Shown here piece after piece: positions 38,617-46,766 of a stretch of DNA of 64,000 nucleotides; within the stretch, counting starts at the first letter, position 1; each line of letters begins with the position of its first letter. A program made the position numbers and the translations under genes. Origin of the DNA: Candidatus Saccharimonadales bacterium. Lineage in GTDB: Bacteria > Patescibacteriota > Saccharimonadia > Saccharimonadales > UBA4665. A model generated the notes under the pieces. It had not been told where the DNA came from and made no database searches. It was given only the letters and a program-made list of their open reading frames with translations. The DNA lies in the NCBI GenBank assembly GCA_036263915.1, contig DATASD010000005.1:75059-139058 (forward strand), given 5' to 3'.

Positions 38617-39056
38617 TGAAAACCTATAGCGCAAAACCAAGCGACGTTACCCGCAAGTGGTACGTCGTTGATGCCAGCAAAGCATCGCTCGGCCGCGTTG
38701 CGACACAAGTTGCCACGCTCCTTACCGGCAAAGACAAGCCACAATTCACCCAGCACATCGACTGCGGTGACTACGTGATTGTCATCAACGCCGCCAACCT
38801 CGTGGTTACTGGCGACAAACTCAACAAGAAGATGTACTACCGGCACAGTCACTTCCCAGGCGGCCTCAAAGAGGCGACGCTTGCAGAGAAGATGGAAAAA
38901 GACCCAACCGAGGTCCTGATCCACGCCATCCGCGGTATGCTTCCTGTAAACAAACTACGCGACGGCCGTTTGGCTCGCCTAAAGGTGTACGCTGACGCTG
39001 AGCACAAGCACGAAGCGCAAAAGCCCGAAATCATTTCGGTAAAGGAAGGTAAATAA
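38616..39056 (+). CDS. rplM: 50S ribosomal protein L13
   Basis: KWYVVDA....LGR.A..VA.LL.GK.KP.FT.H.D.GD.V.VINA. Confidence 0.96.
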   Translation: MKTYSAKPSDVTRKWYVVDASKASLGRVATQVATLLTGKDKPQFTQHIDCGDYVIVINAANLVVTGDKLNKKMYYRHSHFPGGLKEATLAEKMEKDPTEVLIHAIRGMLPVNKLRDGRLARLKVYADAEHKHEAQKPEIISVKEGK

Positions 39057-39454
39057 TGGCTGCACAGAACTACTTCTACGCACTCGGTCGCCGCAAGAGC
39101 GCAACCGCACGTGTTCGCCTGCAAGGTGGTAAAGGTTCAATCGTCATCAATGGCAAGCCGGCTGCTGAATACCTAGCAGACAGCAAGGTGCTCCTCACCG
39201 AGCTCGAGAAGCCATTTAGCGCTCTCCAACAGGAGAACAAGTACGACATCACCGCTGTTGTCACCGGTGGCGGTCATGCTGGCCAAGTCGACGCAATCCG
39301 CCTCGGCATCGCCAAGGCCCTCGTACAAGTGAACGAAGAACTGAAGAGCACGCTGAAGCGTGCTGATCTCCTTGGCCGCGATGTTCGCACCAAAGAGCGC
39401 AAGAAATTCGGCCTCAAAGGCGCCCGCAAGCAACGCCAGTTCACCAAGCGTTAG
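39056..39454 (+). CDS. rpsI: 30S ribosomal protein S9
   Basis: GRRK.A.ARV.L..G.G...ING......GGG..GQ..A.R.GI..AL and a C-terminal KFGLKGARKQRQFTKR. Confidence 0.96.
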   Translation: MAAQNYFYALGRRKSATARVRLQGGKGSIVINGKPAAEYLADSKVLLTELEKPFSALQQENKYDITAVVTGGGHAGQVDAIRLGIAKALVQVNEELKSTLKRADLLGRDVRTKERKKFGLKGARKQRQFTKR

Positions 39455-39476
39455 AACACATCTTGCTCGCACAGAT

Positions 39477-39510
39477 ATCCGGCTCGTTCGCGAGCTGGAT
39501 TTTGCGTTTT
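39477..39510 (+). terminator. Rho-independent terminator after rpsI
   Basis: ATCCGGCTCG / TTCG / CGAGCTGGAT (one G:U pair) followed by TTTGCGTTTT. Confidence 0.65.
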
Positions 39511-39539
39511 ACGCAAGGGCATGCTATTATGTCGTCACT

Positions 39540-39617
39540 ATGAAACGCGTAGCGAACCACTTTGCATTTTGGCGCACCGGCACCTCTCGTGGCGGTTTGT
39601 TCCGTGTGTTCGCATAA
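39540..39617 (+). CDS. candidate 25-aa ORF MKRVANHFAFWRTGTSRGGLFRVFA in a mini transcription unit
   Basis: TTGCGT(39502)-N17-TATTAT(39525) promoter. The ATG lies about 10 nt after the -10 box (near-leaderless). The terminator follows at 39637-39668. It could instead be a small RNA or a leader. Confidence 0.25.
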   Translation: MKRVANHFAFWRTGTSRGGLFRVFA

Positions 39618-39636
39618 CACTACGTCGAAAACATCG

Positions 39637-39668
39637 AAGAGGTCGCCACTAGCGATCTCTTTTCATTT
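39637..39668 (+). terminator. hairpin plus T-run upstream of the 39689 gene
   Basis: AAGAGGTCGC / CACTA / GCGATCTCTT (one G:U pair) followed by TTCATTT. Confidence 0.5.
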
Positions 39669-39688
39669 ATATAACTACAGGATTACCT

Positions 39689-40648
39689 ATGTCTTTCGAA
39701 ATTACACCGCACTTCCGAATTGAGCACCCCCACCTGACCGTCCAACAATTAGCCGATTTAGCTCAAAACCATCACGTAGAGCGTTCGGCGCACCTGGGGA
39801 ATCTCAACGCTCGCGAACTAACATTGCTGACTAACTTACGCCTCGACCTCATGCTTGTCGATACTATTAACGGCGACGATCGCTATGGTGATCCCGCGCG
39901 CGTGCATATTGGCGATAATAAATTGCGTGTCACACCCGCTCGCCAAGCCCGAAACGTTGTCGTCACGGCACTACCAGCGCCAATTGATGCACAGCAGCAC
40001 ATTCTCAACGATCATCCAGCGCTCAAGGAAATCGCACCAACCGACTCTATGGCCACATTCCATCGACGATCAATCGCCGCCCTCGACACTGATGCCCACA
40101 TTACGACCATCACCGAAGCAGTAACGGAGAGTGGCGAACTTGGCCAGGTACTTATGGCGCAGCTTGCCGAGCGCGGTCTTGTGCGACGTCTTGTTGCCGC
40201 CGATGGACACATCCGCCAGCTCAACGAACCAACAAACGTGCAAGAAGCCGGCATTTTTGGACAGAACGACACAACGCCAGCTAGCGAAGGTGTGATGCTG
40301 CCGCTCCAAGGCATGCTTGCGTTCGATGTTTTGCATGCCCTCAAGGAAGGAAATGACACCGTGTATCACCTTGGTGGTAATGATATGCGTCAGTACACAC
40401 GCGACCCAGAGCTCATGATGCCGGTGGCCGACACCATCGCCGGCACGCTTGCTGAACTAGGCAAGCCACAAAGCACCGCATGCTACCAGGTTATTGACGT
40501 AACAGGCGTGGCGCACGTGGTCGATCCAGCCAGTGCCCACATCAATTCACAGTACGACCTCATTACCGAACAGCCAGATCAGGCAAATAGGCATGTACAT
40601 ATCGACGAAACAAAATATGATGCCCCCGCGTATACAGATATGCCATAA
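39689..40648 (+). CDS. hypothetical 319-aa protein
   Basis: ORF with an AGGA RBS. No recognised motif. Confidence 0.55.
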   Translation: MSFEITPHFRIEHPHLTVQQLADLAQNHHVERSAHLGNLNARELTLLTNLRLDLMLVDTINGDDRYGDPARVHIGDNKLRVTPARQARNVVVTALPAPIDAQQHILNDHPALKEIAPTDSMATFHRRSIAALDTDAHITTITEAVTESGELGQVLMAQLAERGLVRRLVAADGHIRQLNEPTNVQEAGIFGQNDTTPASEGVMLPLQGMLAFDVLHALKEGNDTVYHLGGNDMRQYTRDPELMMPVADTIAGTLAELGKPQSTACYQVIDVTGVAHVVDPASAHINSQYDLITEQPDQANRHVHIDETKYDAPAYTDMP

Positions 40649-40661
40649 TCAAAGGATACCT

Positions 40662-41426
40662 ATGAAACCATCCAACATCAGCCCACTTCCAACCGCCGCA
40701 CATATTGCCCAGCTTAGTCCATTAGAGCGCACGCGCCACTACCTTGGATCACCCTCATTGCTGGCGACCATTACTCAGTACGAAACGGGGGAGCCGTTGG
40801 TTGGTGCCGCTGCGTTACGCCGTAAAGGCTTACTGGTGCGGCCATTCTGGGTCGACGATCCCGAGAGCGTCGAAGGGCAAGCTTACCAAGCTCACCTGCA
40901 ACGACGTCCCGATTTTACGCTCGCCGTGCGGCAATCTGTTGCAGAACGACTGGTGCAGGCGCAGACAGCACTGCCCAAAGTGTGGCGCATTGTGCTCAAA
41001 GCCGGGCTGCGGCCAGTTGCGGTGCAACTGCAGCTCTTACAAAATCTGCAGGCACTTTTGCAGGCTAAACACCCCGAATGGTCTGCCAAACAGGCGCTCG
41101 CCGAAACGCGACTTTTGGTTGCCGATCCGCGCCTAAAAGTACCGCCGCACGCCACGGGCGGCGCCATCGACATCGAAGTGTACGATCGTAGCACAAATCA
41201 GCTCGTAGATATGGGCGCTCGTGCCAATGACGAAACCGACCGGGGAAAAGCCTACAGCGACCAGATCACCAGAGAACAGCGAGCACGACGCGAACAGCTT
41301 TATCAGGCGATGCTCACAGCCGGCTTCGCGAACAATGCCAATGAGTGGTGGCACTTCAGCTATGGCGACGCTTATTGGGCACTCTTTTACGACCAAAAAC
41401 GCACGCTGTACCGACCGCTGGCCTGA
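40662..41426 (+). CDS. M15-family D-alanyl-D-alanine dipeptidase-like (VanX/DdpX-like)
   Basis: PPHATGGAIDIEVYD (SxHxxGxAxD-like metal site) and NEWWHFSYGD (EWWH motif). The ATG at 40662 has an AAAGGA RBS. The track start at 40533 overlaps the previous gene. Confidence 0.6.
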   Translation: MKPSNISPLPTAAHIAQLSPLERTRHYLGSPSLLATITQYETGEPLVGAAALRRKGLLVRPFWVDDPESVEGQAYQAHLQRRPDFTLAVRQSVAERLVQAQTALPKVWRIVLKAGLRPVAVQLQLLQNLQALLQAKHPEWSAKQALAETRLLVADPRLKVPPHATGGAIDIEVYDRSTNQLVDMGARANDETDRGKAYSDQITREQRARREQLYQAMLTAGFANNANEWWHFSYGDAYWALFYDQKRTLYRPLA

Positions 41427-41470
41427 TGCAACTTGCGACAATCACATAAATACAGGATACTAGAGATAAT

Positions 41471-42508
41471 ATGAGCAAATCAGTCGTCCTAACCGGCCTT
41501 CGAGCCAACAACAATCTTACTATTGGAAACTATTTGGGAGCCTTGCTGCCCTTGATCGATATGGCCAAAAAACGAGCCGACGAGTACCAGATTAATCTGT
41601 TCGTGCCCGATTTGCATAGTTTTACGACGCCAATCGATCACACACAGTTGCAAACACAAATTATGCAAAACCTCAAAATGTTTGTAGCCGCCGGCTTGCC
41701 ACTCGACCACCCCAATGTGCACATTTACCGGCAAAGTCATGTACCTGCGCACAGCGAACTTACATGGATTCTTGATTGCTTTACCGGCATGGGCGAAATG
41801 AGCCGTATGACGCAGTTCAAAGACAAATCAGCGCGCCTAAGTGAAGACCGCATCAGCGTCGGACTCTTTAACTATCCTGTGCTCATGGCCGCTGACATCT
41901 TGCTATACCATGCTGTATATGTTCCGGTAGGCGATGACCAGACCCAGCACCTCGAATTTACCCGCGACATTGCGCAACGCATGAACAACCAGTTCGGTGA
42001 CCTCTTTACAGTGCCGCGTGCGGCGGACGAGCAGCATCAATTCTTTGGTAATGATCAAGGACTCCGCGTCCGCGATCTCATCGATCCAACGAAAAAGATG
42101 AGCAAGAGCGACGAAACTGGCCGCGGCGTAATCTTTTTGTCTGATTCGCCCGAAGCAGCTGCCAAAAAGATCATGAGCGCTGCCACCGATAGTTATGGCG
42201 AAATCAAATATGATCCGGCGGAACGGCCAGGCATCGCCAACCTCTTGCAGCTGCTTGCGCTGTTCGAGGGCCGCCCGCTCGATAATGTGCGTCACGAATA
42301 CGAAGGCCAAACCATGTACGGCGAGCTCAAAAAAGCTGCCGCAGCTAAGGTAAGCGACTTTCTGCGCGACTTCCAGGTACGCTTAGCGAACGCCGACGAA
42401 GCCGCCATTGTTGCAAAACTTGAATCCAGCGAAGCCGCAATGCGCGAGACGGCTAGCCAAACGTTACTGCGCGTACAGCAGGCAGTGGGACTACGCCCAA
42501 ACGCATGA
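41471..42508 (+). CDS. trpS: tryptophanyl-tRNA synthetase
   Basis: Class I signature GLRANNNLTIGNYLGA (HIGH region variant), KMSKSD, and TrpRS-length (345 aa). Confidence 0.92.
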   Translation: MSKSVVLTGLRANNNLTIGNYLGALLPLIDMAKKRADEYQINLFVPDLHSFTTPIDHTQLQTQIMQNLKMFVAAGLPLDHPNVHIYRQSHVPAHSELTWILDCFTGMGEMSRMTQFKDKSARLSEDRISVGLFNYPVLMAADILLYHAVYVPVGDDQTQHLEFTRDIAQRMNNQFGDLFTVPRAADEQHQFFGNDQGLRVRDLIDPTKKMSKSDETGRGVIFLSDSPEAAAKKIMSAATDSYGEIKYDPAERPGIANLLQLLALFEGRPLDNVRHEYEGQTMYGELKKAAAAKVSDFLRDFQVRLANADEAAIVAKLESSEAAMRETASQTLLRVQQAVGLRPNA

Positions 42509-43974
42509 AAAAAGTACCGTTCTATTCCAACGACGCCGACAACATGCAGTGCATGATTGCCGTATATCGCATGATCGTCGAGCATTTCCTGCATAAACAG
42601 ATGAGCGCAGCCGACATGCGCAAATTCGTAGGGTATGAACCAGGCGTTGCTGCATGGACGCTCCGCCCGCTCACACAATTTGTGCACATGGGATTTGATG
42701 TACGCATGATCGAGCCATTCGACTATGCCCGCTACGCCGAAGAAGGCGAGGCATACTTGCAAACCGCCATGCCGCCCGAACAACTCAAATGGCAGCTCGA
42801 ACACAGTAACATCCTCAGCATGCAGCAATATATCCCGGAATTCTTGCGGACTGTGAAGCATGAACGTCGTTCGCCAACCCTGGCCGACATCGACGATATG
42901 CTCACGCAAGGATACCTTGTGAATGTCATGCTCAACAGCAAAGCATTGAACCACCAAGAAGGATATACCGCGCATTCGGTGCTCGTTCTACGCGAAGAAG
43001 GAAGCAATTACGTCATCCACGATCCCGGTTTGCCGCCGGTACCGGACCGCGTGGTTTCGAAAGAAGATTTGTGGCAGGCAATGGGTGACGAAGGCAATTC
43101 CAACGAAGTCACAGGCTTTCGCCTCAATCCTGATCGGTTCCCGCAGCGTCTCGACCAATACGTTATAACCCAGATCCCGCGCCTTAGTCGGGCTTTCGCT
43201 GCTAAGCTTGTCGAGGAAGGGAAGGTACTGGTAAATGGTACGCAGCGCAAGCCAGGGTACAAGGTAAAATCAGCCGACACAATTACCATTGATTACGAAG
43301 AATCGCAACTTGATATCGTTCCTGATATAGATCTGCCTATTTTGTACGAAGATGACGACTGCGTGGTTATTAATAAGCCTGTTGGCGTACTTACGCACAG
43401 CAAGGGTCCGCTTAGCGCTGAGGCGACCGTGGCAACGTTTATGCGGAGCCGTGTGCAAGGGCTCGGCGGCGATCGCGGTGGCATTGTGCATCGGCTCGAC
43501 CGCGCTACCAGCGGTGTTCTCATTTGCGCCAAAAATCAAGAAGCCCTCAGTTTTTTGCAAAAACAGTTTGCGAACCGCCATGTCAAAAAGACATATATGG
43601 CAATCGTGAGTGGCCATCTTAATCCTGAAGCAGCCATTATCGATATGCCTATCGAACGCAATCCTCAGGCACCGGCCACATTTCGCGTTGGCGCCAACGG
43701 CAAACCATCCACCACTACGTACAAAGTTGTGCAGGCTCATACACAAGTAAGCCTTATAGAGTTGAAGCCCGCCACCGGCCGCACTCATCAGCTACGCGTG
43801 CATCTTGCCCATCTCGGCCACCCCATCGTCGGCGATGTATTGTACGGCGGTAAACCGGCTGAGCGGCTTTTCTTGCATGCTGAATCACTCGAAATAACCT
43901 TGCCAAATGGCGAACGCAAAACATTTACCGCACCGCTCCCGCCGGCATTCTCCGCTACAATGGAAGCCGCATGA
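42505..43974 (+). CDS. rluD: fusion protein: N-terminal C39-like papain-fold domain + S4 domain + RluA/RluD-family pseudouridine synthase
   Basis: The C-terminal part has RLDQYV...LSRAFAAKLVEEGKVLVNG (S4), HRLDRATSGVLICAK (catalytic Asp) and GRTHQLRVH. The N-terminal ~210 aa has NMQCMIAVY...AHSVLVL....YVIHDPG (Cys/His/Asp order as in peptidase C39-like domains). It is a single uninterrupted ORF. Confidence 0.8.
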   Translation: MKKVPFYSNDADNMQCMIAVYRMIVEHFLHKQMSAADMRKFVGYEPGVAAWTLRPLTQFVHMGFDVRMIEPFDYARYAEEGEAYLQTAMPPEQLKWQLEHSNILSMQQYIPEFLRTVKHERRSPTLADIDDMLTQGYLVNVMLNSKALNHQEGYTAHSVLVLREEGSNYVIHDPGLPPVPDRVVSKEDLWQAMGDEGNSNEVTGFRLNPDRFPQRLDQYVITQIPRLSRAFAAKLVEEGKVLVNGTQRKPGYKVKSADTITIDYEESQLDIVPDIDLPILYEDDDCVVINKPVGVLTHSKGPLSAEATVATFMRSRVQGLGGDRGGIVHRLDRATSGVLICAKNQEALSFLQKQFANRHVKKTYMAIVSGHLNPEAAIIDMPIERNPQAPATFRVGANGKPSTTTYKVVQAHTQVSLIELKPATGRTHQLRVHLAHLGHPIVGDVLYGGKPAERLFLHAESLEITLPNGERKTFTAPLPPAFSATMEAA

Positions 43975-44834
43975 GCACGCCCTTGCATCCCAAGACCGCT
44001 GAACAACTCCAGCATTTTCTGGTCAGTCCTGCGCACGCAATACTCCTGGTTGGGCCGGCCGGCATCGGCAAGGGAAGCCTTGCCACAGCGCTCACGAAAC
44101 AGTTGCTCGACCTTGATGAACACGCCCTTGGATCGTATCAATATCTCACGCGACTCGAAGCAAAAGGTGACTCAATATCCATCGAAACCGTCCGGGATTT
44201 GCAGCATTTTTTGCAGCTCAGAACCATCGGTGATCGGCCCATCCGGCGCGTCGCGATCATCGAATATGCCGACCGCATGACAACCGAAGCGCAGAACGCC
44301 CTTCTTAAAATGCTTGAAGAGCCGCCAGCCGACACCGTATTAGTGCTCACCGCCAACAACACGCATGCATTGCTCGCTACCATTCTGTCGCGCTTGCAGC
44401 GAATTACAGTGCGCGAACCGCTCGAAGCCGAACTGCGCGCTTATTTTGCAAAAACTCATGACAGTAAAGCGATTGATCAAGCGTATTTTTTAAGCGGCGG
44501 ATTGCCCGGCCTCATGCAGGCACTCCTCGAAGGCACTGCTGATCATCCGCTGTTTATGGCTGTCGGGCAAGCCAAAGCATTGTTACAGCAACCGACCTTT
44601 GATCGCCTCGTCGCTGTGGATGCCCTCAGCAAAAAGAAAGACGACGTGGTGCATGTGCTCTACGCTTTACTGCGAATTGCGCAAACTGGTATGGTGCAGG
44701 CTGGCAAACGCGGTGACCAGGCGCGTGTTAAGCGTTGGTATCAGATTGTAACAGCGATACATGCAACGCTCGAAACGCTTGCCGTACACGGAAATACAAA
44801 ATTAGCGCTCACAAACTTGATGCTATCCATGTAG
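43971..44834 (+). CDS. holB: DNA polymerase III delta' subunit
   Basis: LLVGPAGIGKGSLA (P-loop-like) and AQNALLKMLEEPP. Confidence 0.85.
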   Translation: MSTPLHPKTAEQLQHFLVSPAHAILLVGPAGIGKGSLATALTKQLLDLDEHALGSYQYLTRLEAKGDSISIETVRDLQHFLQLRTIGDRPIRRVAIIEYADRMTTEAQNALLKMLEEPPADTVLVLTANNTHALLATILSRLQRITVREPLEAELRAYFAKTHDSKAIDQAYFLSGGLPGLMQALLEGTADHPLFMAVGQAKALLQQPTFDRLVAVDALSKKKDDVVHVLYALLRIAQTGMVQAGKRGDQARVKRWYQIVTAIHATLETLAVHGNTKLALTNLMLSM

Positions 44835-44857
44835 GGTTTGATATAATAATAAGAACT

Positions 44858-45511
44858 ATGTTTGAGCTAGTAATTGTTGCAGGTTTTGGATTGCTCGCGT
44901 ATCACAACATCAAGGTCCATGATGATGAATTTGCTGGCAGCACCCGCAAAATCGGCGACCGCCTTGGCAAATTGTGGGATATTGCGCATCAGGGTATGCG
45001 CGAAAACCGATTCTTGCGCGCCGAAAAAGCACTTTTGACCATTCTAAAAATCGACGAAAAAAACGCCGCCGCCTACAACCGTCTCGGTATCCTCTATGCC
45101 AAACAAAAAGAATATCGTGACGCGATTGACTGCTTCGAGATTGCCTCAAGCATCGAAGCCAGCCCCTCCAGCCTCCACAATCTCGGTCTTATTTATTACG
45201 AGACCGAAAATTATACCAAAGCCGCCATTGCTTTTGAACAGGCGCTTAGACTCGAAGATACCCTTGCTGCTCGCCACGTCGCCTATGCTAAGGTGCAAGA
45301 AAAGCTTGGCAATGAAAAACTCATGTTCCAATCACTCGAAAGGGCCGCCGATCTCGAACCAAACAAAGAGACCTACACACTATTGCAACGTGCCTACGAA
45401 TCACGTGGCATGGAAAAGGAAGCCGACATGATCGATCAAAAGCTCAAAAAAATGATCGTTCCAGCCGGTCATCCAAAGCGCATGATGCGCCCGCGTCGCG
45501 TTGTGGTATAA
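44858..45511 (+). CDS. TPR-repeat protein with an N-terminal membrane anchor
   Basis: MFELVIVAGFGLLAY hydrophobic start, then repeated TPR-like units (AAAYNRLGILYAKQKEYRDAIDCFE..., HNLGLIYYETENYTKAAIAFEQAL...). The track start at 44735 overlaps holB. Confidence 0.7.
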   Translation: MFELVIVAGFGLLAYHNIKVHDDEFAGSTRKIGDRLGKLWDIAHQGMRENRFLRAEKALLTILKIDEKNAAAYNRLGILYAKQKEYRDAIDCFEIASSIEASPSSLHNLGLIYYETENYTKAAIAFEQALRLEDTLAARHVAYAKVQEKLGNEKLMFQSLERAADLEPNKETYTLLQRAYESRGMEKEADMIDQKLKKMIVPAGHPKRMMRPRRVVV

Positions 45512-45567
45512 CTTTGGTTGCCGAAGGGCGCATAATTTGCTACACTTACATCTGTTATTGGCAGCAT

Positions 45568-45643
45568 GCCGACATAGCTCAGTGGCTAGAGCGGCTGTTT
45601 TGTAAACAGCGGGTCGTGGGTTCGAATCCCTCTGTCGGCTCCA
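45568..45643 (+). tRNA. tRNA-Thr (anticodon TGT)
   Basis: Manual cloverleaf. Acceptor GCCGACA/TGTCGGC, D-arm GCTC/GAGC, anticodon arm GCTGT-TTTGTAA-ACAGC, T-loop TTCGAAT, encoded CCA. One U:U mismatch in the T stem. Confidence 0.85.
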
Positions 45644-45690
45644 ATTTTATTTGTTATTTTCCAGATAAAAATGCTACAATTTCAACCAAT

Positions 45691-45775
45691 GCAGGGATAG
45701 TGAAGCGGTCAAACACGGGTGACTGTAAATCATCTGGCTCAGCCTTCGGGGGTTCGAATCCCTCTCCCTGCACCA
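45691..45775 (+). tRNA. tRNA-Tyr (anticodon GTA), class II, discriminator A73
   Basis: Acceptor GCAGGGA/TCCCTGC, anticodon loop CTGTAAA, long variable arm, T-loop TTCGAAT, ACCA end. Confidence 0.88.
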
Positions 45776-45792
45776 GATTTGTAAAACACTAA

Positions 45793-45818
45793 GGACGTCA
45801 GAATTGACGTTCTTTTTG
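45793..45818 (+). terminator. hairpin plus T-run after the tRNA pair
   Basis: GGACGTCA / GAAT / TGACGTTC followed by TTTTT. Confidence 0.55.
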
Positions 45819-45831
45819 TTATTATTATGAT

Positions 45832-46356
45832 ATGAAGATTCTTGTCACGGGTAATGCAGGTTCAGGTAAATCAACACTCGCAAAAACACTTGCTGCCAAA
45901 CACGCACTGCCTTACTCGAGTCTCGATAGGGTAGTCTGGCAAGAAGGCTGGAAAAAGACGCCACGCGATATTCGCAAGGCAAAAATCAAAACCCTCATAA
46001 AACAGAACGATTGGATAATTGACGGCGTTGACTATGACGTGCAGCATGCCGCTGATGTGGTCATCTTCTTGGATTATCCACGCGGCATATGTTTGTACAG
46101 GGCACTCAGGCGAAATATCCCATATTTGTTTTCTTCGCGCCCGGAGCTACCAAAACACTGTCCCGAAATACGTATCATTCCGCAACTGCTAAAGCTTATT
46201 TGGAATTTTCCAAAACGAGTCAGACCCACTATTCTAAGTACGAGTTCACGGGAGCGCTCAAAGTTTGTGCACATTAAAACCAATAACGAATTACAATCGC
46301 ATCTAGAAGGCGAATCTCTTGTGAAAAACGGCAAAAAAAGGTACACTAGCATCTGA
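45832..46356 (+). CDS. P-loop NTPase, adenylate-kinase-like fold (topology-modulation/FlaR-like)
   Basis: MKILVTGNAGSGKSTLAK Walker A. Small size (174 aa). The DWIIDG block is typical of this kinase-like family. Confidence 0.6.
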   Translation: MKILVTGNAGSGKSTLAKTLAAKHALPYSSLDRVVWQEGWKKTPRDIRKAKIKTLIKQNDWIIDGVDYDVQHAADVVIFLDYPRGICLYRALRRNIPYLFSSRPELPKHCPEIRIIPQLLKLIWNFPKRVRPTILSTSSRERSKFVHIKTNNELQSHLEGESLVKNGKKRYTSI

Positions 46357-46371
46357 TGTAAGCGGTTTTAT

Positions 46372-46446
46372 GCCGAAGTAGCTCAGTGGTAGAGCATCGC
46401 CATGGTAAGGCGGGGGTCACGAGTTCAATCCTCGTCTTCGGCTCCA
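46372..46446 (+). tRNA. tRNA-Thr (anticodon GGT)
   Basis: Acceptor GCCGAAG/CTTCGGC, anticodon arm TCGCC-ATGGTAA-GGCGG, T-arm ACGAG-TTCAATC-CTCGT, encoded CCA. Confidence 0.88.
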
Positions 46447-46452
46447 TTACCG

Positions 46453-46481
46453 TTTACAAAGCTGGTTGTATCTGTTACAAT
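46453..46481 (+). promoter_or_regulatory. sigma70-like promoter upstream of rpmG (TTTACA-N17-TACAAT)
   Basis: TTTACA at 46453-46458, a 17-nt spacer, TACAAT at 46476-46481. Same hexamers as the tuf promoter. Confidence 0.5.
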
Positions 46482-46514
46482 CAGTACAATTGACTAATAA
46501 AAGGTTCTAATTTT

Positions 46515-46718
46515 ATGGCTAAAAAAGGCGAAAAGCGCAAGATTGTCGGACTCGTGAGCGAAGAGTCTGGCGAGCGTATTTATTACACCACCAAAAACAC
46601 GCAGAACACTCCGGAAAAGCTTTCGCTCAAAAAGTACAGCCCTAAACTGCGCAAACACGTCGTTTTCACCGAAACCAAAAAGAACTTGGGTCGCAACGAA
46701 GTTAAGCCTAAAAAATAA
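46515..46718 (+). CDS. rpmG: 50S ribosomal protein L33 (Cys-free type)
   Basis: YYTTKN..N.PEKL.LKKYSP.LRKHV.F.E.K. No Cys residues. Confidence 0.88.
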   Translation: MAKKGEKRKIVGLVSEESGERIYYTTKNTQNTPEKLSLKKYSPKLRKHVVFTETKKNLGRNEVKPKK

Positions 46719-46735
46719 GTCCTGGATCTTACCGC

Positions 46736-46766
46736 AAAAGAGCCGCCCATAAAGCGGCTCTTTTTA
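46736..46766. terminator. bidirectional Rho-independent terminator (rpmG / GH15 gene)
   Basis: AAAAGAGCCGC / CCATAAA / GCGGCTCTTTTT. It has an A-run on one side and a T-run on the other and sits between convergent genes. Confidence 0.75.

Noticed and set aside
45514-45792. 92-aa ORF spanning both tRNA genes
   Set aside because: The region folds into two canonical tRNAs (Thr-TGT, Tyr-GTA). The ORF is a by-product.
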